UHGV virus genome: UHGV-0179656
Reading direction: 5' to 3' (one strand)
DNA length: 37,384 nucleotides
Origin: a virus
Position 1 is the first letter of the stretch, and every line of letters starts with the position of its first letter. Positions 1 to 7,271 of the stretch are shown in pieces. The position numbers and the translations under genes were made by a program. The notes beneath the pieces were generated by a model that made no database searches, was not told the origin of the DNA, and was given only the letters and a program-made list of their open reading frames with translations.

Positions 1-41
1 TGGATAGATGTCAATAAAGTAGACATAAAAAGAGAAGATAC

Positions 42-950
42 TTAAAGATTTTCAAAGTAAAGAGCCTCCTTTTCAGTTGGTGTAAGCATATCTAATGTTC
101 CATGAGGACGTTTGGTGTTATAGAATCCTTCAATATAAGCGAAACAAGCCAACCGTACTTCTTCGATTGAATGAAATGAACGGCGGTTTAATTCTTCTTT
201 TTTCATATATTTAAAAAAAGCTTCGGTGACGGCGTTATCCCACGGATAACCTGGTTTAGAAAGAGAATGGACAATCGGATGATTCTCTATAAACTTTCTA
301 AATTCTAAAGAGGTATATTGAGATCCTTGATCTGTATGAAAAAGAACAGGACTCATTAAATTTCGAGAATGAAGTGCTTTATCTACTGTTTGAATGGCTA
401 GGTTTGTATTAATCGTTGGTCCTACAGTCCAAGCAATTACTTTTCTAGAAAATAAATCTAAAACGACACACAAATACGCAAATGTTTTCTTACCGATGGG
501 GATATAAGAAAAATCACTCGTCCAAACTTGATTGGGTGCTGGTGGATTGAACGCTTGGTTTAGATGATTTGGACGTGTCAAAGAAACCTTGTTTTTTCTT
601 TTTTTGAAAACAGGTTTTACTGTAGACATTTTTGGTAGGTTCATTGATTTCATCAAGCGATAAACGCGACCAATACTAATCGAAATGCCATAATCACGCA
701 AAAGGATCCGTTGGATCTTTGCAGCGCCAAGACGTTTTTGAGAAGAAGTATAAATTTCTAAAATCATTTTTCTTAGGTGTTGATTTTCTTTTGTTCTTGG
801 GGCTACTTTTCCAGAAAAGCGTTTGTAATAAGTGGAACGATTGACTTTGAGTACACGACAGAGTGTAACAATACTGTGTTCATATCGAAGAATGTGTATG
901 GCTTTTAATCGTTCGTCGAGCGAGGCGTGAATATGGCAATCGCTTTTTTT
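42..950 (-). CDS. IS3-family transposase OrfB (DDE catalytic domain), expressed as an OrfAB fusion by -1 frameshift
   Basis: The -1 frame from AAAAAAG reads KKSDCHIHASLDERLKAIHILRYEHSIVTLCRVLKVNRSTYYKRFSGKVAPRTKENQHLRKMILEIY..., continuous with the 42..767 ORF. DDE motifs: D...DQGSQY...E. Confidence 0.75.
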   Translation of the reverse strand, partial: KKSDCHIHASLDERLKAIHILRYEHSIVTLCRVLKVNRSTYYKRFSGKVAPRTKENQHLRKMILEIYTSSQKRLGAAKIQRILLRDYGISISIGRVYRLMKSMNLPKMSTVKPVFKKRKNKVSLTRPNHLNQAFNPPAPNQVWTSDFSYIPIGKKTFAYLCVVLDLFSRKVIAWTVGPTINTNLAIQTVDKALHSRNLMSPVLFHTDQGSQYTSLEFRKFIENHPIVHSLSKPGYPWDNAVTEAFFKYMKKEELNRRSFHSIEEVRLACFAYIEGFYNTKRPHGTLDMLTPTEKEALYFENL

Positions 951-1216
951 AGGATTAAATTTTCCTCCTCGAGCTGCGCATTTCGTTTTTGTAGCTGTTT
1001 GATCTGACGAGCCGTAAGGATCGTGTCATCGTCAATTTTTACTTCAGAATATTGTTTGACCCAACGAGCAATTGAAGAAAGAGCAATGCCGTACTCTTTA
1101 GATAAAGCATTTTGAGTTTTACCACTTTCGTGAAGTTTCACAATGGATTTTTTAAACTCTTCATCAAATTTACGTGGTGATTTTCTGTTGTTTCCCATAT
1201 TAAAAAGTCCTTTCAA
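905..1216 (-). CDS. IS3-family transposase OrfA (HTH DNA-binding subunit)
   Basis: 103 aa with an HTH and leucine-zipper-like C-terminus. RBS gaaagga upstream. It ends in LKKAIAIF across the slippery heptamer. Confidence 0.8.
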   Translation of the reverse strand: MKGLFNMGNNRKSPRKFDEEFKKSIVKLHESGKTQNALSKEYGIALSSIARWVKQYSEVKIDDDTILTARQIKQLQKRNAQLEEENLILKKAIAIFTPRSTND

Positions 1217-1279
1217 AATTTGTGTCTATTTATTTAAGAGTATACCAAAAAATGTGTCCACTTTATTAGGATACATGCA

Positions 1280-1556
1280 TGTGACAGTAATTATAAGTGA
1301 AGAAACAATCGGTTATACGTTGCCGATAAACAAACCAATCGAAACTCTCATTCACATGAAGGACGGCTACGAGGTCGAGAAAGAGCCGTTGTACAGAGTT
1401 AAACTAGGTGAGGGTTATTTCGTTGAATATCAAGGAAGAGGTGCGCTGATTATTCCTGACGACAATAAAGAGATTAAGGTATTCGATTCGAAATCAGATG
1501 CTGAGCGCACTGCTCAAACGATTGGTGGAACAGTGGAAGAGGTGGCGGAAGGATGA
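1280..1556 (+). CDS. Small phage early protein, 5'-truncated by the IS insertion
   Basis: The reading frame continues leftwards into the IS terminal repeat. The first in-frame ATG at 1275 lies inside the IS end. Stop-start overlap (GGAAGGATGA) with the next gene. Confidence 0.4.
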
Positions 1557-1747
1557 GTTTCAAAGAAGGCGACAAAGTAGTGACTAAAATAGGCTCAGGC
1601 GTGTCATTATACTTCTTAGACAACGAATATTATATAGTTCAAGATGCTTCGATGCCTGGCAGAATCGTTTTGATTGACGACGATAAACAGCGTTTGAGTT
1701 GGTCATCTAGTAAATTCGAATTATATGAAGAGGTGACGGAAGGATGA
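1553..1747 (+). CDS. Hypothetical small phage protein
   Basis: 64-aa ORF translationally coupled (ATGA overlaps) on both sides. The GGAAGGATGA junction motif is repeated. Confidence 0.45.
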   Translation: MSFKEGDKVVTKIGSGVSLYFLDNEYYIVQDASMPGRIVLIDDDKQRLSWSSSKFELYEEVTEG

Positions 1748-2250
1748 AATATAGAAAGAAACCAGCAGTTGTTGAAGCAGTGCAATTTGATCGATCAAAA
1801 GCGGAAAAGAATGTTGCGAAGTACTATCCGATGGTTACAGATATGACTAAATTAACTACAGCGGAAGGAACCAAAGAACGCGAAGATAGGTTTTTCATAT
1901 CTTCATCAGAAGGAAATATGACTGTTAGAGACGGAGACTATATTATAAAAGGTACGGATGATGAATATTATCTACGCAAGCCATACATTTTTGAAAAAAT
2001 ATATGAGGTAGCAAGTCAGCAACCACAACTCAACGACAACCAGAAAATCGTGTTGGAGTGGTTGAAAAGCGAGACAATTTTAACTAGAGAAGCACCAATA
2101 TTATCTGTTAATGCTTTTTCTGATAAAAATTTACTAGGAAAATTACCTGATAAAGTACGCAAAGCTTATAAACTATTGGATTGTAAACAAGAATACGAAG
2201 TCCTAGCAGCATTCGCGCAATGGGGATTGGGACAGGAGGAAGCGGAATGA
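1744..2250 (+). CDS. Hypothetical phage protein
   Basis: 168-aa ORF, coupled with its neighbours. Confidence 0.5.
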   Translation: MKYRKKPAVVEAVQFDRSKAEKNVAKYYPMVTDMTKLTTAEGTKEREDRFFISSSEGNMTVRDGDYIIKGTDDEYYLRKPYIFEKIYEVASQQPQLNDNQKIVLEWLKSETILTREAPILSVNAFSDKNLLGKLPDKVRKAYKLLDCKQEYEVLAAFAQWGLGQEEAE

Positions 2251-2435
2251 AAGTAAATAAAGCATTGGAAATGCTAGAAAATATGCCGGCAGAAGCTATG
2301 CTGTATTTTTGGGTAATTTCAAATGGTAAGCAGTGTTTAATGACTCCAACTGGATTTAAATTGAACCCTGACGGAGATAGGGTAGGGATTGAGAGTGATA
2401 TCGTCATTGCAATTGATGTGGAGGAAAAAGAATGA
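2220..2435 (+). CDS. Hypothetical small phage protein
   Basis: 71-aa ORF that overlaps the end of the previous gene. ATGA overlap with a downstream 24-aa micro-ORF. Confidence 0.4.
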   Translation: MGIGTGGSGMKVNKALEMLENMPAEAMLYFWVISNGKQCLMTPTGFKLNPDGDRVGIESDIVIAIDVEEKE

Positions 2436-2653
2436 TCTATCCTTTTATCTTTATTGTACTTTTCGTTTCTATGTTAGTAATCATACAAGAAGGGAACAAG
2501 AAATAATGGGGAAGACGAAATCGAAAATCAAGAAGAAAAAACGCCGTTTGGAACAAAAGGCAATTCAGAATGGAACGGCTAAGAAAAAATAAAAAAAGCC
2601 ACCTCTTAACGAGATAGCGGCACAAAACTATTTTACCATAAGGGGTGGCGTTT

Positions 2654-3133
2654 GTGAGATTTCAGTGGTTAAAAGATTATCAAGAACTTGATGAGCAGAT
2701 TCTTTACTTAAAATGGAATCTTAATAAAAGTAAGCTTGAATTGAATCGGTGGGTCTATGGAGATTTGGCAGACGTCCGCATTGAAAAAAATTCTAGATCA
2801 TCTATGTTAGAAGAAAATATTCAAAAAATCGAAAATGAAATTGAAATACTCGAAGAGCAACGTCAAGAAATGCTTGCGATTATTAACTCTTTTAAAGGAA
2901 TTGATAATGAGATCATTCGAAAAAAGTATGTCGAGGGTTGTTCATTAGAGATAATAGCGGAAGAGATTGGCTACAGCGCATCTTACGTCAGACAAAGACA
3001 CGCAGAAATTCGTAAAACTTTGTCTTTTCTAGATGAATATGAAATGAACAAGGTAAATAGACAAAACAAACTTAGTGAGATTGATTATTACAATAATCGC
3101 AGAGACGAAGCTGAACAAATTAGTTTGTTCTAA
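2654..3133 (+). CDS. ArpU-family phage late-gene transcriptional activator (sigma-70 region-4-like). The alternative GTG start is at 2645.
   Basis: C-terminal sigma region-4-like HTH (YVEGCSLEIIAEEIGYSASYVRQRHAEIRKTL). Its position just upstream of the packaging module is typical for RinA/ArpU activators. RBS aagggg lies 10 nt before the GTG at 2654. Confidence 0.6.
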   Translation: MRFQWLKDYQELDEQILYLKWNLNKSKLELNRWVYGDLADVRIEKNSRSSMLEENIQKIENEIEILEEQRQEMLAIINSFKGIDNEIIRKKYVEGCSLEIIAEEIGYSASYVRQRHAEIRKTLSFLDEYEMNKVNRQNKLSEIDYYNNRRDEAEQISLF

Positions 3134-3380
3134 AATTCCAATGTTCACTAAATGTTCGAACATTGTAGCTATGTCAGTATTGTATACAGCATGATATTCT
3201 ATTAGTGTCGAAAGATTAGGAAACAGGAACGATATTATATATCCACATGTTAATTTTTGTACTATACATTTATAATTTAATCAATTTAAAATTATCAAAA
3301 ATTACTATAGTGCGTATGCTGATAGATAATATTTTGATACAATAGAAGAAAACAATAGAAAAAACATTGGAGATGATTAG
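3134..3380 (+). promoter_or_regulatory. Very AT-rich 247-bp intergenic region upstream of the helicase cassette. It probably holds the cassette's own promoter.
   Basis: No ORF. Several TTGnnn/TAnAAT-like hexamers (ttgtat, ttgata, tagataat). Composition visibly lower in GC than the phage backbone. Confidence 0.4.
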
Positions 3381-5261
3381 GTGAGTCATTTTATTTCTTC
3401 GAAACCATTTATTATTGGAAATGATAGGTTAAGAGATCCTCAAATCCAATCTTATCATGCTATTAAAAATTTTTATCAAGATACTACTATTAATAACAGA
3501 GAAGCTTTGGTTGTCCTTCCAACAGGATGTGGGAAAACAGGTGTTATGGCTATCGCTCCTTACGGAATATCAAAGAAAAAAGTCCTTATAATTACACCCC
3601 AAACCGTTGTGAGAAATACTGTAGTTAAAGAGCTAAATCCATTTAATCCTCTAAATTTTTATTTAGTAACTGAAATTTTTAAGAATAGAGGAGAACTACC
3701 TGCAATTATTGAATATGAAAAGTCTCTTTCAGATGATGTACTTTCTATGAGTGATATAGTAATTTTGAATGTTCATAAATTACAAGAGCGTTTGGATAGC
3801 TCGTTACTTAAGAGAGTAAATAAAGATTTTTTTGACTTCATAATTATTGATGAAGCTCATCATGGCGAAGCAAGAACTTGGAAGAAAACAGTTGAATATT
3901 TTTCAGAAGCAAAAATTTTAAAAGTAACTGGAACACCTTTCAGAAGTGACGGTTTAAAAATTACAGGTAAAGAAGTTTTCAATTACCCTTTAAGTTCTGC
4001 TATGGCAAATGGTTATGTAAAAAGTTTAGAGCGTTTTACTTATTTACCAGATGAAATGTTCTTTAAAATTAAAAATGATGATCATAACTATACTCTAGAA
4101 GAAATCCTTAAATTAAAAGATGAAGATTGGGTTAGTAGAAGTGTTGCTTTATCAACAGAAAGCAATCGCAGCATTGTTAATAAATCAGTCGAGAAACTAA
4201 AAATTAAAAGAGAACTTACTAATAATAATCCACATAAAATTGTTGCAGTCGCATGTAGTATTGAGCATGCTGAACAAATTGCTGAATTATATATTGAAGC
4301 AGGCATGAGAGTTACAGTCATTCATAGTGATATGGATAAAAGTATTCAAGAAGAGGCATTTAAAACTATTGAAACACATAATACAGATGTAGTTGTCAAC
4401 GTTGCATTACTAGGCGAAGGATATGATCATAAATTTTTATCTATTGCGGCTATTTTTAGACCATTTAGATCTGATTTACCTTATCAACAGTTCATTGGAA
4501 GAGTTCTACGTACAGTTTCTATGAAAGATGGATTTCAAATAAATGAGGAGGACAATATAGCTGAAGTTATCCACCATCATCAACTAAATTTAGATCATTT
4601 ATGGAATTCATATAAGAAAGAACTGTCGAAAAGCAAAACAATAAAAGATATGAGAAATACTATAAGAAACGAGAAGATTTTAAATCCAAAATCTTCGCTT
4701 AGTGAGCTTGATTATGGTAATGTTGATGAGAGTGAACAGATCAATGAAGAAACAGAGTTTTTTTTGGATACTGATTTATTTAAGTTAAGAGAGAGAAGAA
4801 AAGCACAAGAAGAAGCAAGAATTAAAGATATCATGGAACGATATAGTGTTTCTTTAGAGATTGCTCGAGAATTAGATAAACAAATAAGAGTTGCGCAAGA
4901 CCCTGATAATGAAAGATTGTTAAGGCCAGATTTATATGAGAAAGATTTACGCCAGCAAATTAATAAGCAAATTGTTGAATTGATAATTCCTAATATAATT
5001 AGTGATTATAATTTAACATTAGAAGGAAATGAGATCACTGGTATAGGCGAAAAATTTATTGATAAATGGAATTGCAAACCTTATAGTAATTTAGATAATA
5101 ATGGAGCTGTATTAGGTAAATATATCAACACCTCTTTAAAGAATTTTATTAATAAGCCTAGAAAAAATTGGTCAATGAGTGAGTATGAACGTGCTTTAAA
5201 ACAATTGGATAGTTTAGAAAAGTATATTAGAGGTTCTTTAGATAGCTATCTATTTAAATAG
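3381..5261 (+). CDS. SF2 helicase with a type III Res / DEAH N-terminal domain and a Helicase_C domain, followed by a roughly 200-aa C-terminal domain with no recognisable motif. No nuclease motif.
   Basis: Q-motif LRDPQIQSYHAI. Motif I LPTGCGKTG, motif II IIIDEAHH, motif III TGTP, motif V LLGEGYD, motif VI QQFIGRVLR. GTG start with GGAG 8 nt upstream. Confidence 0.8.
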   Translation: MSHFISSKPFIIGNDRLRDPQIQSYHAIKNFYQDTTINNREALVVLPTGCGKTGVMAIAPYGISKKKVLIITPQTVVRNTVVKELNPFNPLNFYLVTEIFKNRGELPAIIEYEKSLSDDVLSMSDIVILNVHKLQERLDSSLLKRVNKDFFDFIIIDEAHHGEARTWKKTVEYFSEAKILKVTGTPFRSDGLKITGKEVFNYPLSSAMANGYVKSLERFTYLPDEMFFKIKNDDHNYTLEEILKLKDEDWVSRSVALSTESNRSIVNKSVEKLKIKRELTNNNPHKIVAVACSIEHAEQIAELYIEAGMRVTVIHSDMDKSIQEEAFKTIETHNTDVVVNVALLGEGYDHKFLSIAAIFRPFRSDLPYQQFIGRVLRTVSMKDGFQINEEDNIAEVIHHHQLNLDHLWNSYKKELSKSKTIKDMRNTIRNEKILNPKSSLSELDYGNVDESEQINEETEFFLDTDLFKLRERRKAQEEARIKDIMERYSVSLEIARELDKQIRVAQDPDNERLLRPDLYEKDLRQQINKQIVELIIPNIISDYNLTLEGNEITGIGEKFIDKWNCKPYSNLDNNGAVLGKYINTSLKNFINKPRKNWSMSEYERALKQLDSLEKYIRGSLDSYLFK

Positions 5262-5278
5262 ATTATAAGGAGAGAATT

Positions 5279-5587
5279 ATGGATAATATAGAAAAATACT
5301 ACAATGAATTATATTCTGAAAAAGTTACACTCCAAAGTTTAGCTAAAAATATTTTAGTAGAGGGTTATCAATCTGTAAATTTTAAGAAATTTAATAACCT
5401 AGTTGTTTGTGAAGCAACTTATAAAGAAAATGAAGATGTCACTATATATAAATACTCATTTATGGATGAAAAACTTTTTTTATTAGAAAAAGTTTATAAA
5501 GAGCAAGTAGTAATAATTTATGACCGAAATAAACAAATTGAAAATTTAAAATCTAAATTAGTTAGTCTGTCCCAAAAATATGCTTAA
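5279..5587 (+). CDS. Hypothetical 102-aa protein co-transcribed with the helicase
   Basis: Strong RBS aaggagag lies 17 nt after the helicase stop. Followed directly by a rho-independent terminator. Same AT-rich composition as the helicase gene. Confidence 0.55.
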   Translation: MDNIEKYYNELYSEKVTLQSLAKNILVEGYQSVNFKKFNNLVVCEATYKENEDVTIYKYSFMDEKLFLLEKVYKEQVVIIYDRNKQIENLKSKLVSLSQKYA

Positions 5588-5604
5588 CAATCTTATAAAA
5601 TGAA

Positions 5605-5634
5605 GATCACTCGTTGAGTGGTCTTTTTATTTTG
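5605..5634 (+). terminator. Rho-independent terminator closing the helicase cassette
   Basis: Stem gatcactc/gagtggtc (8 bp, one G.U pair), then a TTTTT run. Confidence 0.6.
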
Positions 5635-5649
5635 AAAGGAGATAATTAA

Positions 5650-5949
5650 ATGAATGATTTTCATGAAGCAGTGCTAACAATCAATGTAAATGTAAATATG
5701 GCAGAAGTTTATAAGATAGCTATTGAATCTGAAAATAATCCTAATGGTTTGAGAGATCATTGGAATGGTAATTATGCACATGTTGAAGTAGTAAACGAAG
5801 GCACAGGTTTTGAGTTTTTAGTAATAACGTTACTATCCCATACTCTACCTAATCTGCAGGAAACTGTTAAGTGGTATGAGCAAATGGGTGCGAAAGTAAT
5901 CAGTACAAATTACAAAGGAGAGAATCAAAATGGTATTGAAAAAAATTAG
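5650..5949 (+). CDS. Hypothetical phage protein
   Basis: 99-aa ORF with RBS aaaggag. Confidence 0.5.
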   Translation: MNDFHEAVLTINVNVNMAEVYKIAIESENNPNGLRDHWNGNYAHVEVVNEGTGFEFLVITLLSHTLPNLQETVKWYEQMGAKVISTNYKGENQNGIEKN

Positions 5950-6331
5950 ATCATCAATTACTGGAACTGAGTACTGGGATTCAGAAAAGAAAAAGATTGT
6001 TGTGGTTCCGAAAGGGCAAGAACCTAACTTTGATACAAGCGAAAAATCTGATATGACTGTAGTTGCCAAGGCGATTGTTGGCGATGGTGTCTTGTTCAAG
6101 GGGGATGAAGAAATTCATTTGTCAGGTGAAGAACTAGACAGTGATGGAAACACTACTGCTGACTTTGGTGAAGGCGAAGTTACTAACGATCAGACTGTTG
6201 AAGAAACGAATGAACTGGAAAACATGACTGCAAAAGAATTACGTGCATATGCTAAGAAACATGGCATTGATATTCCAGGTGCTATCCGTGCAAAAGGAGA
6301 CATCTTGAATCTTATTCGTGAAGCAGAATGA
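5930..6331 (+). CDS. Hypothetical phage protein with a C-terminal HeH/Rho-N-like motif
   Basis: 133 aa with an acidic central region. The C-terminus TAKELRAYAKKHGIDIPGAIRAKGDILNLI resembles a Rho N-terminal / SAP-like helix-extension-helix. RBS aaggagag. Confidence 0.5.
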   Translation: MVLKKIRSSITGTEYWDSEKKKIVVVPKGQEPNFDTSEKSDMTVVAKAIVGDGVLFKGDEEIHLSGEELDSDGNTTADFGEGEVTNDQTVEETNELENMTAKELRAYAKKHGIDIPGAIRAKGDILNLIREAE

Positions 6332-6708
6332 AATACTGTCAGTTTGACGGATGCACGAACAAGATAGCCAAGGGAATCTATTGTGCCGAACACAAGCGAT
6401 CAAGCAAATCACGCAAGAAAAAGCAACAAGCAAAGTCTGTTTATCATCATGAGAACAAACCATTCTATCGAACGCAAGCATGGAAAGATATGCGTCAATT
6501 TATTTATGAAAGAGAAGGCGGTCATTGTCAGCGGTGTGGTCAGTTCATCTTTGGAAAGAGAGCACACGTCCATCACATTGTACCAATTAAAGACAATGAA
6601 CTGCTTAAGCTTGATCCAAACAATCTCATGCTTTTATGTTCAAAATGTCATCCAATTGTTGAAAATGAAACGGAAGACAAAAAAGTTTTCCCTTCGTATT
6701 TCAATTGA
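6328..6708 (+). CDS. HNH endonuclease (packaging-associated)
   Basis: HCQRCG...HVHHIVP...N...LLCSKCH. It lies immediately upstream of terS, as in cos-type HNH-terminase phages. Confidence 0.85.
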   Translation: MKYCQFDGCTNKIAKGIYCAEHKRSSKSRKKKQQAKSVYHHENKPFYRTQAWKDMRQFIYEREGGHCQRCGQFIFGKRAHVHHIVPIKDNELLKLDPNNLMLLCSKCHPIVENETEDKKVFPSYFN

Positions 6709-6806
6709 AGCCCCCCTATCCATTTTCAAAAAAAATTTTTGTGGGGGGATAGGGTAGCGGGGAGTCACGCGCATCGTTAGGTCAAATTTTTCAAAAACAA
6801 AGGGGG
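6705..6806. other. Candidate cos / packaging-initiation region
   Basis: An 8-9-bp inverted repeat ccctatcc (6708..6715) / ggataggg (6741..6748) flanks an A8-T5 tract. Two direct TTTCAAAAA...GGGGGG repeats at 6718..6743 and 6780..6806. GC-rich core gcggggagtcacgcgc. Located between the HNH gene and terS. Confidence 0.3.
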
Positions 6807-6818
6807 GTGTATACAAAA

Positions 6819-7271
6819 ATGACGACTAAAGCGCAACGTAAAGCGATTATTGATGAAAAAGTAAGTGCTGAAAAAGCTCGTATTTTAGAAATAATGCGTA
6901 AGTCTGATTTGTACACTATCACTCTTGATCCGTTGATTGAATCATATCTGGATATTTTTGAAATATACCAACATAAATATTTATTGTGGAAAGAAAAAGG
7001 TTTTCCAGAAACTCAAAAATTCACGAATAAATCAGGCGCTACTAATCAATCAAAACATCCGTTAGCGCAACAAGTAGAAACTTGGGCTGATAAGAAAATG
7101 AAAGCTCTGGATTTATTAGGATTAACGAACAAAGCAAAAACTGGTAGACAAATTACTGGAGGTTCGACTGCAAGAAAAGATGAAGAAATTACACGTCCGG
7201 AAGTAAAACCAGTAGATGAACTAGCATCGCACAGAAATAAATGGCGTAAGAAGGCAGGTGCTGAAAAGTGA
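6819..7271 (+). CDS. terS: Terminase small subunit (P27-like). The track ORF starts at GTG 6807.
   Basis: About 150 aa. The N-terminal MTTKAQRKAII...ARILEIMRKS is typical of P27-family TerS. RBS aggggggtg lies 9 nt before the ATG at 6819. Confidence 0.7.
   Translation: MTTKAQRKAIIDEKVSAEKARILEIMRKSDLYTITLDPLIESYLDIFEIYQHKYLLWKEKGFPETQKFTNKSGATNQSKHPLAQQVETWADKKMKALDLLGLTNKAKTGRQITGGSTARKDEEITRPEVKPVDELASHRNKWRKKAGAEK

Larger units (their letters stand above)
1..1279 (-). mobile_element. IS3-family insertion sequence. OrfA and OrfB are linked by a -1 frameshift at A AAA AAG. The imperfect terminal IRs of about 28 bp start with TG at position 1 and end with CA at about 1279.
   Basis: OrfA (905..1216) has an HTH. 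OrfB (42..~950) carries the DDE core (DQGSQY...). The slippery A AAA AAG lies at 950..943 on the minus strand, and the shifted frame reads straight into the 42..767 ORF. IRL tggatagatgtcaataaagtagacata matches the reverse complement of 1245..1279 (cctaataaagtggacaca) at about 70 percent. Confidence 0.8.

Noticed and set aside
1143-1556. Track ORF 1143..1556 (137 aa) spanning the IS end.
   Set aside because: Its N-terminal 45 codons read through the IS3 terminal inverted repeat and the OrfA start region on the opposite strand. The real gene is the 3' part only, about 1280..1556, truncated by the IS.
2389-2625. Track ORFs 2389..2592 (+) and 2437..2625 (-).
   Set aside because: Both are low-complexity frames over an A/T-rich leader. 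At most the short peptides with RBSs noted in the findings may be real.
3381-5261. Helicase considered as the phage's own replicative or packaging helicase.
   Set aside because: Not fully excluded. The cassette is flanked by its own AT-rich leader and terminator, differs in composition from the backbone, sits in the accessory slot before packaging, and replication functions are encoded elsewhere. Accessory status is therefore favoured.
6705-6748. CCCCCCTATCC ... GGGGGGATAGGG first looked like a complement (not reverse-complement) pair, meaning no hairpin.
   Set aside because: On re-reading, the shared 8-mer ccctatcc / ggataggg is a true inverted repeat (8-9 bp stem). It is kept as part of the cos-like region rather than as an oddity.
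6383-6757. 124-aa plus-strand ORF overlapping the HNH gene in another frame.
   Set aside because: The HNH frame carries the diagnostic motifs. The alternative frame is low complexity and has no RBS.
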